From: Candidatus Omnitrophota bacterium
Lineage (GTDB): Bacteria > Omnitrophota > Gorgyraeia > 2-01-FULL-45-10
DNA: 64,000 nt
Reading direction: 5' to 3'
Assembly (NCBI GenBank): GCA_043798375.1
Contig: JAZDOS010000029.1
Coordinates: 62,955-126,954 of the forward strand
The translations under genes and the position numbers were made by a program. Every line of letters begins with the position of its first letter. Within the stretch, counting starts at the first letter, position 1. The notes beneath the pieces are model-generated. The model saw only the letters and a list, made by a program, of their open reading frames with translations, had not been told where the DNA came from and did no database searches. Shown piece by piece: positions 47,123 through 59,057 of this stretch.

Positions 47123-47136
47123 GAGGGGGTAGTATT

Positions 47137-48372
47137 ATGCACGATACAAATAAATTTAAAATACCCGTTGGCCCGCAACATCCGGCATTAAAAGAACCCG
47201 AAAGTTTCAGCATCGCTTTAAAAGGTGAAAAAATTCTGGGGGTAGATATCAGGTTAGGTTATAACCACCGCGGCATAGAAAAAGCCTGCGAGGAAAGAAC
47301 GTTTATCCAGGATGTGTACCTGGTCGAACGTGTTTGCGGTATTTGCTCGCATTCACATTCTACTTGTTTTGTGCAGGCGGTAGAAGAAATAGCCGGGCTG
47401 GCTGTGCCAAAGCGCGCCCTGTATCTTAGGACCTTGATCGGAGAATTAGAGCGCATCCATAGCCATTTACTCTGGCTGGGCGTAGCCGGCCATGAAATAG
47501 GTTTTGATACTCTCCTGATGTATACCTGGAGGGACAGAGAAGTGGTGATGGATATTTTGGCGGATTTGACCGGCAACCGCGTCAATTACGGAATGAATAC
47601 CATCGGCGGGGTGAGGCGCGATATAACTGTCAAGCAAGCGCAAAAGGTGCTGGAAGGAACCGATATTCTGGAGGAGAGGACTAAGTATTATATTGATATT
47701 GCTACTTCAGAAACAACGGTGATTAAAAGATTATCCGGAGTCGGCGTACTATCGCATGAGGATGCAATACTTTTGGACGCGGTGGGGCCGACTGCGCGCG
47801 CCTCAGGGGTCAACCGTGATGTACGGCGCGATGATCCGTATGCGGCGTACGGAGAGGTTGATTTTGAGGTGATCATTGATAATCATAACGATGTTTACGG
47901 ACGGACCGTAGTGCGGGTGAAAGAGCTGATGGAGTCTTACAAAATCGTTCGCCAGATTTTAAAAAATCTGCCTGAAGGGCCGATCAGTATAAAGCAGCCC
48001 CTGCGTAAAATTCCTGCCGGTGAAGCATTGAGCCGTTATGAGGCGCCAAGGGGCGAAGATATGCATTATGTCAAAGCTAATGGCACGGAAAAACCGGAGA
48101 GAGTCAAGCTCAGGGCTCCTACTTTAGCTAACGTACAGGCAGTAAAACATATGCTCAAAGACAGATTCTTAGCAGATATGCCTATTGTCATTGCCGCGAT
48201 AGACCCTTGTTTTTCCTGCACTGACAGACAAATTGCGATAGATGATTTAGGTCATCATGATAATCGGATTATCAGCTGGGAGGCTTTGAATAAATACGGC
48301 ATAGAGTGGCACCGCCAAAAGGGAATAGATTTTACGGAATTAAATAAGAGGTTATCCTTAAAACTAAAATAA
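47137..48372 (+). CDS. [NiFe]-hydrogenase group 4 large subunit
   Basis: GPQHP, L1 ERVCGICSHSH and L2 IDPCFSCTDR both intact; C-terminal extension after L2. Confidence 0.93.
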   Translation: MHDTNKFKIPVGPQHPALKEPESFSIALKGEKILGVDIRLGYNHRGIEKACEERTFIQDVYLVERVCGICSHSHSTCFVQAVEEIAGLAVPKRALYLRTLIGELERIHSHLLWLGVAGHEIGFDTLLMYTWRDREVVMDILADLTGNRVNYGMNTIGGVRRDITVKQAQKVLEGTDILEERTKYYIDIATSETTVIKRLSGVGVLSHEDAILLDAVGPTARASGVNRDVRRDDPYAAYGEVDFEVIIDNHNDVYGRTVVRVKELMESYKIVRQILKNLPEGPISIKQPLRKIPAGEALSRYEAPRGEDMHYVKANGTEKPERVKLRAPTLANVQAVKHMLKDRFLADMPIVIAAIDPCFSCTDRQIAIDDLGHHDNRIISWEALNKYGIEWHRQKGIDFTELNKRLSLKLK

Positions 48373-48373
48373 A

Positions 48374-49315
48374 ATGGTAAAAGCATTGTTTTCAATTTTG
48401 ATTTTTCCCGGTTTTCTTTTTGTCTGCTTTTTCGGGTTAGCCGCTGAATTTGTGGATAGAAAACTGCACGCGCGCATGCAAAACAGGATAGGGCCGCCCT
48501 GGTTTCAGCCGCTGGCAGATTTTATCAAGCTATTGGCTAAAGAAGACTTGGTTCCTAAAGATGCCCGCGCCGCCATGTTTAAGGTTACCCCGGTTTTTGC
48601 CCTGGCTGCCGTAGCCACTGCTTTCCTTTATATTCCGCTATGGAATACGGAAGCGTTATTCTCATTTAACGGAGATATTATAGTCGTGTTATATCTATTA
48701 ACTCTCCCCACCATGGCATTTTTTATCGGCGGCTGGTATTCGACTTCTTTATTTGCAAAACTGGGCTCTATGCGCACGCTGATCCAATTATTTGCCTATG
48801 AGGTGCCTCTGTTTATGGGTATACTTTCCTGCGCGCTGCTGGCAGATACCTGGTCATTATACGGGATTACGGTTTTTTACCATCAACACCCGATGCTGCG
48901 TTTTTTTAATATTATAGGTTTTGCGGTATCATTGATCGCGCTTTTAGGCAAACTGGAGAAGGTGCCTTTTGATATTCCTGAGGCAGAGACAGAAATCGTG
49001 GCCGGGATTTTTACCGAGTATAGCGGCCGGCTCCTGGCATTATTCAGGTTGACTCTGGATGTTGAAATGGTGGTGGGCGCAGCTTTATTGGCAACAGTAT
49101 TTTTGCCTATCGGATTGAACCTTAATATATTTTTAAGGTTTATAATTTTTCTGGTTAAGGTTTTCTTTATCATCGGATTGATATCATTACTGCGTTCGGT
49201 ATTTGCGCGTTTGCGCATAGACCAGATGGTCAAATTCTGCTGGAAGTATATGGTGCCGTTGGGCATCACACAGATTTTAATTAATCTTATCGCGAAAGGG
49301 ATATTGGTAAGATGA
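48374..49315 (+). CDS. NuoH/EchB/HycD-like membrane subunit
   Basis: DRK.HARMQNRIGP...QPLADFIKL, PFDIPEAETEIVAG..TEYSG, ARLRIDQ. Confidence 0.92.
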   Translation: MVKALFSILIFPGFLFVCFFGLAAEFVDRKLHARMQNRIGPPWFQPLADFIKLLAKEDLVPKDARAAMFKVTPVFALAAVATAFLYIPLWNTEALFSFNGDIIVVLYLLTLPTMAFFIGGWYSTSLFAKLGSMRTLIQLFAYEVPLFMGILSCALLADTWSLYGITVFYHQHPMLRFFNIIGFAVSLIALLGKLEKVPFDIPEAETEIVAGIFTEYSGRLLALFRLTLDVEMVVGAALLATVFLPIGLNLNIFLRFIIFLVKVFFIIGLISLLRSVFARLRIDQMVKFCWKYMVPLGITQILINLIAKGILVR

Positions 49316-49680
49316 GACCCGGTAGAATGATAAGACAGGTTCTGAATTCGCTATTTAAGAAACCCGCGACCAACCTGTATCCCTACGAGAAATTGGAAAT
49401 GGCGGATAAGCTTCGGGGCAAACTTAAATTTATTCCGCAGAATTGTATTGGCTGCAAGCTCTGCATGAAAGATTGTCCCTCTGAAGCAATCACCATCAAT
49501 AAAATTGGAGAAAAACAATTCGAGGCAGTCATAGATTTAGGCAAATGTATATATTGCGCGCAGTGTGTATACACTTGTCCTAAAGCAGCCCTTGAATTTA
49601 CCCAGGAAATAGAATTGGCGGAGTTGGATAAAACAAAACTGAAAGTAACCTTTCATGCCCACCCTGAAGAAGGAACTTAA
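49312..49680 (+). CDS. NuoI/EchF-like 2x[4Fe-4S] subunit
   Basis: CIGCKLCMKDCP and CIYCAQCVYTCP. Confidence 0.92.
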   Translation: MRPGRMIRQVLNSLFKKPATNLYPYEKLEMADKLRGKLKFIPQNCIGCKLCMKDCPSEAITINKIGEKQFEAVIDLGKCIYCAQCVYTCPKAALEFTQEIELAELDKTKLKVTFHAHPEEGT

Positions 49681-50158
49681 AGATCGGCTTAAAGGCGCAA
49701 AACGAGTAGCTATATTAGGTATCGGTTCTGAACTAAGAAGCGATGATGCGGTAGGCGTCGTTATTGCCGGAAAGCTTCAAGCATATATTAAAAAGATGAA
49801 AATAAAAGCGCTAAAAGCTTTCTTGGGAGAAACTGTCCCGGAAAATTTAACCGGAGAGATAAAGAAATTTAACCCGACCCATCTGATTATTATCGATGCG
49901 ACAGATTTTCAAAAGAAGGCGGGCACGATCGGTATTGTTGATAGCTGCGGAGAAAAAGGGGTATCTTTTTCCACTCATAGAATGCCGATTAAATTCATCA
50001 AAGATTATCTTTATAAATCTATTGCGTGCCAGACTGTAATCATAGGAATACAGCCGCAATCTCTGGAATTTTGCGGAGGTCTTTCGGCTGCAATACAGGA
50101 GTCTGTGCGAATGGCGTGCAAAGAAATAAGCGAGGTTTTAAAAAAATTGTTTGAATAG
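49655..50158 (+). CDS. hycI: Hydrogenase maturation endopeptidase (HycI-like)
   Basis: ILGIG.ELR.DD.VG, VPEN, IIIDA, STH.MP. Confidence 0.9.
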   Translation: MPTLKKELKDRLKGAKRVAILGIGSELRSDDAVGVVIAGKLQAYIKKMKIKALKAFLGETVPENLTGEIKKFNPTHLIIIDATDFQKKAGTIGIVDSCGEKGVSFSTHRMPIKFIKDYLYKSIACQTVIIGIQPQSLEFCGGLSAAIQESVRMACKEISEVLKKLFE

Positions 50159-50241
50159 CATGGCTATAACTTGCCCGTCGGAGATGGGCGGAGGCGTGAC
50201 CTTTTCCACGCATACGATGCCGGCACGGAAGGCTTGACAAA

Positions 50242-50472
50242 TTGAGGCAAGAGATATATAAATGGGTTAGACTTGGGGGCCTATTGTCCTTTATACCGTT
50301 CGTCCTGGCGGCGGGCCCGATAGCCGGTTATCTGGCAGGCGAATACCTGATAAAAAAGTTTGGCCTGCCTTCGTATATCTCTTTTATTTTCGCAGCGGTG
50401 GGATTTGCGGCGAGCATCAGAGAGACCATCAGGATTATCAGGATTGCGATAAAAACAGACAAGGAATTTTAA
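50242..50472 (+). CDS. AtpZ/AtpI-like ATP synthase accessory protein
   Basis: Two-TM small protein directly before atpB. Confidence 0.7.
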   Translation: MRQEIYKWVRLGGLLSFIPFVLAAGPIAGYLAGEYLIKKFGLPSYISFIFAAVGFAASIRETIRIIRIAIKTDKEF

Positions 50473-51210
50473 ATGCAAAAGGCCGTTCCCGAGCTTCCCA
50501 ATGCCGTAACAATGCTGGAGAAACTCTTTAAGGGCTCGCGTCTAGCCGAATTCCTCAAGACATGGGAAAACCCGATATTTTCGCTTGTCATCATCCTGGC
50601 CATCTCGGCTATAGCATATTCGGCATCCCGCAGGATAAAATTTATCCCCGCAAGGCTCCAGGCCGCTTTTGAAATATTTGTCGCAAGTATCGACGATTTT
50701 GTATGCGGCATCATAGGTCCCGCGGGAAGAAGATATACTCCTTTTATAGGGACGCTCTTCCTGTATATTCTCCTCATGAACCTATCAGGGCTTATCCCGC
50801 TAATGAAGGCCCCGACCACAAGCTGGTCGACGACGCTCGCGCTTGCGATATGCGTCTTCATCTACGTCCAATACGCGGCCTTAAGAGAACGCGGGGTTTT
50901 GGGTTACATAGACCATCTCTCGGGAAGGCCGAGGGGGATAATCGCGTTTTCGGTATTTATACCGATAATGATGCTCATCATGCACATAGTATCGGAGCTT
51001 GTGCGGCCTATCAGCCTGTCGCTTCGTCTAAGATCGAACATCTGGGGGGACGATATGCTGTTGGCGGTCATTGCGGGGTTCGGATTAAAGGGCGTGCCGC
51101 TCTTATTTTTTAATTATTTCATCATAATTCTGGCCTCATTAGTACAGGCTGTTGTTTTTACTTTGTTAACAACGATATATTTCGCTCTTGCGCTGACGCA
51201 TGAGGAATAA
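50473..51210 (+). CDS. atpB: ATP synthase subunit a
   Basis: P.RLQ..FE, NL.GLIP, RPISLSLRL, LVQAVVFTLL..IY. Confidence 0.93.
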   Translation: MQKAVPELPNAVTMLEKLFKGSRLAEFLKTWENPIFSLVIILAISAIAYSASRRIKFIPARLQAAFEIFVASIDDFVCGIIGPAGRRYTPFIGTLFLYILLMNLSGLIPLMKAPTTSWSTTLALAICVFIYVQYAALRERGVLGYIDHLSGRPRGIIAFSVFIPIMMLIMHIVSELVRPISLSLRLRSNIWGDDMLLAVIAGFGLKGVPLLFFNYFIIILASLVQAVVFTLLTTIYFALALTHEE

Positions 51211-51225
51211 AAAAGGAGGTGCTGT

Positions 51226-51456
51226 ATGGATTATAAAGTAGTGCTTGCGTTTGCCCTTCCGTTCGGACTTGGCATAACGGCAGTCGGCTCGGCAATCGCG
51301 CTTGGAAAAGCCGTCGCCGCGGCAATGGAGGCGACCGCCAGGCAGCCGGAGGCCGCGACAAAGATATTGATCAGTATGGCAACGGGATGCGCATTCATAG
51401 AAGCGCTGACGATCTACGCGCTCTTATTCGTCTTCGGCATTGCCGGAAAAATATAG
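51226..51456 (+). CDS. atpE: ATP synthase subunit c (H+-type signature)
   Basis: ARQPEA loop, FIEALTIY. Confidence 0.95.
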   Translation: MDYKVVLAFALPFGLGITAVGSAIALGKAVAAAMEATARQPEAATKILISMATGCAFIEALTIYALLFVFGIAGKI

Positions 51457-51511
51457 AAACCCCTTGACGGGATCAGGGTTTCATCCTGACAATCTAAGTG
51501 ATGGATAACCT

Positions 51512-52006
51512 ATGGATTTACTGAAGCTTTTAAGCGCAAATGAGATAATTGCCCAAGCAGCGTGTTTTCTTCTATTCCTGGCAATCTTGCGTGTCTTTCT
51601 CTGGAACAGGTTCCTCAAGCTCCTTGATGCGCGAAAAGAGCGTATCGCGTCCGAACTGAAAGCGATAGAAGATGCGAAAGCGGATGTCGAGAAGCTGAAG
51701 AATAATTACGATGGCAGGATCGCGAAGATCGAGGAAGAGGCGGGGGAGATGATGCAGGCCGCCATAGCCGAAGGAAAGAGGGACGCTCAAGGAATAAGAG
51801 AGAAGGCGCAGGAAGACGCCGAAGGGCTTTTTGAAAAGACGCGGGAAAGTATCAAGGCGGAGGCCGCCAAGGCCGAGGAGAAGCTCAAGAATAAGATCGT
51901 CGACATCGCCATAGAGGCCGCAGGAAAAGTGCTGGAAGAGCGGCTGTCGGAGGACAGGGACAGAAAGCTGGTTGAAGAATTCATAGATAAGTTAGAGCGC
52001 CAATGA
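51512..52006 (+). CDS. atpF: ATP synthase subunit b
   Basis: N-terminal TM, LD.RKERI, long coiled coil; operon position. Confidence 0.92.
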   Translation: MDLLKLLSANEIIAQAACFLLFLAILRVFLWNRFLKLLDARKERIASELKAIEDAKADVEKLKNNYDGRIAKIEEEAGEMMQAAIAEGKRDAQGIREKAQEDAEGLFEKTRESIKAEAAKAEEKLKNKIVDIAIEAAGKVLEERLSEDRDRKLVEEFIDKLERQ

Positions 52007-52563
52007 TCAAAAACGAGATAGTCGCAAAACGTTACGCGGATGCCTTCTTGGGCTATTGCGCGGAAACGATCGGTCGTGAAAAGGGATTAGATGAGCTTTT
52101 GAGGGCGCGGCGCGTCTTTGAAGATAACCCCGATTTCAAGGAATTCCTGGAATCACTCGACATCACAACGAAAGAGAAATTCGATATCATTGAAAAAGTG
52201 ATGAGTAACAATTTTTCCGAAGAACTTCGGAATTTCCTGAAACTTTTATTGGACAAGGGTCGTATTCGGCTATTTCTCGATATAGCCGAATACGCGAGGA
52301 TCAACTATTCTCACGGCGTCGAGCAGGATGCTTTATTAAAAACAAGCTACCCCCTCGACACCGAAGTGATAGAGGCCATTAAAAATGTGCTCGAGAGTAA
52401 ACTGAAGAAGAAGCTCCATCTTTACATCGAGCTCGACCCGGAGCTGTTGGGGGGCATTTCGGTCCAGGCCGGCAATATGATAATCGATGGATCCGTAAAA
52501 AAACGGCTCGAAGATCTGCGTACGAAGCTTATTCTGTCGAAAGTGGAGCGCCATGGAAATTAG
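52003..52563 (+). CDS. atpH: ATP synthase subunit delta
   Basis: [28 protein letters not shown]. Confidence 0.93.
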   Translation: MIKNEIVAKRYADAFLGYCAETIGREKGLDELLRARRVFEDNPDFKEFLESLDITTKEKFDIIEKVMSNNFSEELRNFLKLLLDKGRIRLFLDIAEYARINYSHGVEQDALLKTSYPLDTEVIEAIKNVLESKLKKKLHLYIELDPELLGGISVQAGNMIIDGSVKKRLEDLRTKLILSKVERHGN

Positions 52564-54073
52564 GCCGGAAGAAGTAACTTCTATAATCAAGAAAGAGCTC
52601 GAAAAATACAGGACGAGGCTCAGAGTCGAGTCTGTAGGCACAGTACTGCAGATCGGCGATGGCATTGCCCTGGTCTACGGCCTTGACGACGTCATGGTAG
52701 GTGAACTTGTCCAATTCCCGAATAATATCACCGGCATAGTTTTCAACCTGGAGGAGGACAATGTAGGTATCGTCATATTCGGCGACGAGAAGACTATCAA
52801 AGAAGGCGATACCGTAAAGAGGACCGGAAAGATCGCCCAGATCCCTGTGGGCGAAGCGCTTTTAGGCAGGGTCATAAACCCGTTGGGACGGCCGATCGAT
52901 GGAAAGGGCCCCATCGCTACCAACAAATACCGTCCTGTAGAATTCAAGGCGCCCAACGTCGTGGAGCGCCAGCCTGTCAAGGAGCCGCTTCATACGGGAA
53001 TCAAGGCGATAGATTCCATGATCCCGATCGGCCGCGGACAGCGTGAGCTCATCATAGCCGACAGGCAGACAGGGAAGACGGCCATCGCTATCGATACGAT
53101 AATCAACCAGAAGGGGAAAGACGTCTTGTGTATTTACGTCGCGATCGGCCAGAAGATGTCCAATATAGTATCCGTTTCGGAGGTCCTGCAAAAATACGGC
53201 GCGATGGACTATACGGTAATAGTGAGCGCGTCGTCCCGGGCATCGGCGTCGCTCCAGTTTCTCGTCCCTTATGCCGGATGCGCTATAGCCGAAGAATTTA
53301 TGTATGCAGGCAAGCACGCCCTGGTAATTTATGACGATTTATCAAAACATGCGCAGGCCTACAGGCAGCTGTCGCTCTTACTGCGAAGACCTCCGGGAAG
53401 AGAGGCGTATCCGGGCGATATATTCTACCTTCACTCGAGGTTGCTGGAGCGCGCGGCAAAGTTGTCGGATAAGCTCGGCGGCGGGTCTCTCACAGCCCTT
53501 CCTATAATAGAGACTCAGGCGGGGGATATCACAAGCTATATACCCACAAACGTCATATCCATAACAGACGGGCAAATATACCTGGAGACAGACCTTTTTT
53601 ACGCAGGCGTGCGGCCTGCCGTGAACGTCGGGCTGTCGGTATCGAGGGTGGGAGGGGCTGCGCAGACAAAGGCGATGAAGCAGGTCGCGGGACGCTTGCG
53701 GCTCGACCTGGCGCAGTACCGCGAGCTCCTGACGTTCACGCAATTCGGCGCCGAGCTCGATAAGACCACTCAAGCCCTGATCCACAGGGGTGAACGTATG
53801 GTGGAGATACTCAAGCAAGGGCAATACGAACCCCTTCAGATGTCGAAACAGGTCATGTTGATATATGCCGGCATAAACGGTTTTATGGACGATATTCCGG
53901 TGGAGTCTATTCGAAAACTGGAGCCCGCCTTCTATAAATATATGGACGATAATTACCAGGAGATAGGGTTCGAGATAGAGACAAAAGGCGCGATCAGCAA
54001 CATCCTAAAATCTAAACTCGATAACGCGATCAGGGATTTCAAGGAAGAGATCGGAAAGCGCGGCATTAAATGA
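52553..54073 (+). CDS. atpA: ATP synthase subunit alpha
   Basis: [38 protein letters not shown]. Confidence 0.98.
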   Translation: MEIRPEEVTSIIKKELEKYRTRLRVESVGTVLQIGDGIALVYGLDDVMVGELVQFPNNITGIVFNLEEDNVGIVIFGDEKTIKEGDTVKRTGKIAQIPVGEALLGRVINPLGRPIDGKGPIATNKYRPVEFKAPNVVERQPVKEPLHTGIKAIDSMIPIGRGQRELIIADRQTGKTAIAIDTIINQKGKDVLCIYVAIGQKMSNIVSVSEVLQKYGAMDYTVIVSASSRASASLQFLVPYAGCAIAEEFMYAGKHALVIYDDLSKHAQAYRQLSLLLRRPPGREAYPGDIFYLHSRLLERAAKLSDKLGGGSLTALPIIETQAGDITSYIPTNVISITDGQIYLETDLFYAGVRPAVNVGLSVSRVGGAAQTKAMKQVAGRLRLDLAQYRELLTFTQFGAELDKTTQALIHRGERMVEILKQGQYEPLQMSKQVMLIYAGINGFMDDIPVESIRKLEPAFYKYMDDNYQEIGFEIETKGAISNILKSKLDNAIRDFKEEIGKRGIK

Positions 54074-54924
54074 TCCAGAACTTACGGCAGATAAAGTCCA
54101 GGATAAAAAGCGTAGAAAACACCAGGAAGATAACACGGGCGATGGAGACGATATCCGCGGCGAAACTGAACCGCGTAAAAAACTCTTTTTACGCCGCGCG
54201 CTCGTATTCCGCAAGCCTCGAAGCGGTATTGAAAAGGTTCTTATCGGACATAACGACGCCTGAAAATCCCTTCATCAAAAAGAGAGAGCGGATCAAAAAT
54301 ATCGCCGTATGCATAATAGCTTCGGACACGGGGCTTTGCGGCGCATATAATAACAACATAATCAAGCAGACCGAGGCATTCCTCGGCGATCGCGATAGGC
54401 AAAGCGTCAGGTTGATCGCCGTGGGTAAGCAGGTCTTCACTCATTTTAAAAATAAGGGATATCCGGTCACAAGGGAGCATATAGGCCTGTTCGGCCGCTA
54501 CTCGTTAAAGATCTCCGAGGAGCTTGTCAGCGAGTTGACATCGATCTACTTATCGGAAGAGGTGGACGAGGTCTATATCGCCTATACGCATTTCAACGCA
54601 AATTTAAGGTATAATCCCGTTGTAGAAAAATTTCTTGGCATCGACTTCGAGAAAGGAAAGAGGGCATATTATATATTCGAACCGGATGCTCAGAAGATCC
54701 TGAATGATATGATACCGCGATATCTGGCCTCAAAAATGAATACGATCATCATGGACGCGTTCACCGCCGAGCATTCGGCAAGGATGCTCGCGATGAAAAT
54801 AGCGACCGATAACGCGGACGAACTTATAGATACGCTGACACTCGCGCGCAACAAGGCAAGGCAGTCGCAGATAACCAGAGAGGTCGTCGAGATCGCGATG
54901 GCTGCCGAAGCAGTCAGGGAGTAA
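54070..54924 (+). CDS. atpG: ATP synthase subunit gamma
   Basis: KITRAME, D.GLCGAYN, EHSARM.AM..ATDNA, RQSQIT.E. Confidence 0.97.
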   Translation: MIQNLRQIKSRIKSVENTRKITRAMETISAAKLNRVKNSFYAARSYSASLEAVLKRFLSDITTPENPFIKKRERIKNIAVCIIASDTGLCGAYNNNIIKQTEAFLGDRDRQSVRLIAVGKQVFTHFKNKGYPVTREHIGLFGRYSLKISEELVSELTSIYLSEEVDEVYIAYTHFNANLRYNPVVEKFLGIDFEKGKRAYYIFEPDAQKILNDMIPRYLASKMNTIIMDAFTAEHSARMLAMKIATDNADELIDTLTLARNKARQSQITREVVEIAMAAEAVRE

Positions 54925-56328
<1,404 letters not shown>

Positions 56329-56345
56329 TTTTAACGAAAGGCTTT

Positions 56346-56615
56346 ATGCCGCCGCTTTATTCAATAAATATCAAAACTCCGCTTAAGGCCGTATTCGAAG
56401 GTAAAATCACGTCACTCGTCGCGCCTGCAGCGGCCGGTTATGTGGGCATACTCGCCAATCACGCGCCCTTTATAACAACTCTCGTTCCCGGAAAAATAAC
56501 CTTGCGCGATGATTCCGGTAAAACCAAAACTATTAAATCGGGCGGACCGGGGATTTTGGAAGTCCTGAAAAATAACGCAACGCTCCTCCTTGATTCGGCC
56601 GAGACCGAGTCCTGA
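56346..56615 (+). CDS. atpC: ATP synthase subunit epsilon (N-terminal beta domain only)
   Basis: TP, G.VGILANHAPFIT.L.PG, G.LEV..N...LL.D.AE then stop. Confidence 0.9.
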   Translation: MPPLYSINIKTPLKAVFEGKITSLVAPAAAGYVGILANHAPFITTLVPGKITLRDDSGKTKTIKSGGPGILEVLKNNATLLLDSAETES

Positions 56616-56626
56616 TCACCTCCCGG

Positions 56627-57277
56627 ATGAAATACAGGCTCATAATCTTCGATATAGACGGCACCATAACAAACCACATAAGCTCGTGGCGGTATATTCA
56701 CGAGAAACTCGGGATTTGGTCCAGGAGGGCTTTTCAATATCAGGACGCGTTTTTCGCCGGCAAAATAGGATATAGGAAATTCTGCTCACTCGACGCGGCA
56801 CACTGGAAGGGGATGCGCGAAAAGAGGATCCGTGAACTATTCAGATCTACTCGATATTCCAGAAACGCGGCCGCCTGCATAAAAAAACTTAAAAATTCCG
56901 GCTTCAAACTTGCCGCCGTATCTACGGGTTTACAGTATATGCCCGATAGGATAATGGCTGAGCTCAAGTTTGATTACGCCATTTCAAACAGGCTGATATC
57001 CAGGAATGGAATCCTCACGGGCGGAGTAAAGATAAACCTTGAGCACGGTGCAAAGCATAAAATCCTCAAGGATATATTCGAAAGGTTTAGGGTAAAACCA
57101 CGCCGGGTGATATCCGTGGGCGATAGTGAAGGCGACATACCTCTCGCAAGAGAGTGCGGTTATTCGATAGCGTTCAACTCGACAAGTAAAGAGCTGTCGG
57201 AAATGTCCAATTACAACTGCGGGACAAGGGATTTCAGAGAAGTTTATAAAAAGATAATATCGGTCGCTTATGAATAA
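56627..57277 (+). CDS. HAD-IB phosphatase (phosphoserine phosphatase-like)
   Basis: FDIDGT, VSTG, VGDSEGD. Confidence 0.85.
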   Translation: MKYRLIIFDIDGTITNHISSWRYIHEKLGIWSRRAFQYQDAFFAGKIGYRKFCSLDAAHWKGMREKRIRELFRSTRYSRNAAACIKKLKNSGFKLAAVSTGLQYMPDRIMAELKFDYAISNRLISRNGILTGGVKINLEHGAKHKILKDIFERFRVKPRRVISVGDSEGDIPLARECGYSIAFNSTSKELSEMSNYNCGTRDFREVYKKIISVAYE

Positions 57278-59048
57278 GGAATTTCTGCCGACATCCCCGG
57301 CCGAGATCAAATCCCGCGGATGGGATGGGCTGGATATCATACTGGTCTCAGGCGACGCCTATGTAGATCACCCCTCATACGGCACCGCTATAATAGGAAG
57401 GGTCCTTGAAAACGCCGGTTTTAAGGTCGGCATAATAGCCCAGCCAAACTGCGCCGGCCTGGCCGACTTTACGAAACTGGGTAGGCCCGGGCTATTCTTC
57501 GGCATAACCGCGGGAAACCTCGATTCGATGGTCGCCAATTATACGGCCAATAAGAAGCCGAGGGGCGATGATGACTATTCGCCCGGAGGTAAGGCCGGCT
57601 TGAGGCCCGACCGGGCGGTGACCTTATATACGAACAAGATCCGTCAGGCATTCCCCAAAGCAACAATAGTGCTGGGCGGAATTGAGGCGAGCTTAAGAAG
57701 GCTCGCGCATTACGACTACTGGTCGGATACAGTGAAGCGCTCGGCCCTCTCTGACTCAAAGGCCGATATCCTCGTTTATGGAATGGGGGAGGCGCAAATT
57801 CTGGAGATTGCCGGCCGCCTGAAAGAGGGCGGCGGGGTGAAATCCCTGGAAGGAATCCCGGGCACCGTCATCGTAAAAAATAATATCGACGGCCTCAAAA
57901 ATTACGTATCGATCCCGTCCTACGAGGAAACAGCCGGGGATTTGGATAAATTTATAAACGCGTTCAGGGCGATTTATGCCGAAAATGACCCTTTTAGAGG
58001 CAGGACGATCGTGCAGCTTCACGGCCAAAGGTACGTCATCCAATTTCCTCCGGCAAAACCGCTTAAGACAGGCGAGCTCGACAGGATCTACGGCTTAAAT
58101 TACGCCAGGCAATGGCATCCGGTATACGATAAGCTTGGCGGCGTCCCGGGGTCCGAAACGGTCAGGTTCTCGGTGATATCCCACCGCGGATGCGCGGGCG
58201 AGTGCAGCTTCTGCAGCCTCTTCATGCATCAGGGCCGTATCGTCCAGAGCCGCAGCCGCGAATCGATACTGAACGAGATAAGAAGTATCTCTCGGGATGA
58301 TTTGTTTAAAGGCACTATCACAGATATAGGCGGACCCACCGCCAATCTATATATGACGCGGTGCGCCGGGTGGGAGGGGCCCGGAACGTGCCGGGCCAAA
58401 TTCTGTCTCGTCCCTGAAAAATGTAAAAGCCTCGAACTCGGCTACGCCGAGACTGTAAAACTCTGGGAAGATGCCCTGAAGATACCCGGGGTAAAACGCA
58501 TATTCGTCGGAAGCGGCGTAAGGTACGACCTTTTGGCGGACAAATATTCGGATGAATATCTTAAGGCCCTGTGTAAATCGCATGTGAGCGGCCGGCTGAA
58601 GGTCGCGCCAGAGCATTGTGAAAGGTCTATTCTGAAACTTATGAATAAGCCCGGCCTTGACATATACGAAAATTTCGTAAAGCGTTACAGGAACATCAAT
58701 GAGCGGCTGCAAAAAAAGCAATATCTTGTAAATTATATAATAAGCGCTCATCCCGGCGCGACGCTCGAGAGCGCGCTTAATCTATCTCTACAGCTTATGA
58801 AGATGAATATATATCCCGAGCAGATCCAGGACTATCTTCCGCTCTCCATGACAGCTTCCGGCTGTATGTACCATACCCAAAAGGATTTCTTTTCCGGAAA
58901 ACCCATCCACGTCGCAAAAGGGGAAAGGGAGAGAAAGCTCCAAAGGGCGCTCGTCCAGTATAAAAATCCCGAAAATAAGAGGTATGTCATCGAGGCATTG
59001 AGAGCGCTCAATAAGATGCCTCTTTCAAAAAAATTCTTCGGTAGATAA
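57270..59048 (+). CDS. YgiQ/UPF0313 family radical SAM protein
   Basis: GDAYVDHPS.G, GGIEASLRR.AHYDYW, HRGC.G.CSFC, VSG.LKVAPEH. Confidence 0.93.
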   Translation: MNKEFLPTSPAEIKSRGWDGLDIILVSGDAYVDHPSYGTAIIGRVLENAGFKVGIIAQPNCAGLADFTKLGRPGLFFGITAGNLDSMVANYTANKKPRGDDDYSPGGKAGLRPDRAVTLYTNKIRQAFPKATIVLGGIEASLRRLAHYDYWSDTVKRSALSDSKADILVYGMGEAQILEIAGRLKEGGGVKSLEGIPGTVIVKNNIDGLKNYVSIPSYEETAGDLDKFINAFRAIYAENDPFRGRTIVQLHGQRYVIQFPPAKPLKTGELDRIYGLNYARQWHPVYDKLGGVPGSETVRFSVISHRGCAGECSFCSLFMHQGRIVQSRSRESILNEIRSISRDDLFKGTITDIGGPTANLYMTRCAGWEGPGTCRAKFCLVPEKCKSLELGYAETVKLWEDALKIPGVKRIFVGSGVRYDLLADKYSDEYLKALCKSHVSGRLKVAPEHCERSILKLMNKPGLDIYENFVKRYRNINERLQKKQYLVNYIISAHPGATLESALNLSLQLMKMNIYPEQIQDYLPLSMTASGCMYHTQKDFFSGKPIHVAKGERERKLQRALVQYKNPENKRYVIEALRALNKMPLSKKFFGR

Positions 59049-59057
59049 CGGGCGGGA

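Noticed and set aside
40346-49680. Respiratory complex I (nuo) operon
   Set aside because: The large subunit retains both Ni-binding CxxC motifs, a HycI protease follows, and there is no NuoEFG.
50165-50215. Second ANTAR site (two hairpins before the atp operon)
   Set aside because: Loops are about 3 and 8 nt without the A1/G4 hexaloop, and no terminator overlaps them.
51226-51456. Na+-coupled ATP synthase
   Set aside because: Subunit c lacks the Q...ES/T Na+ signature (it reads EALTIY).
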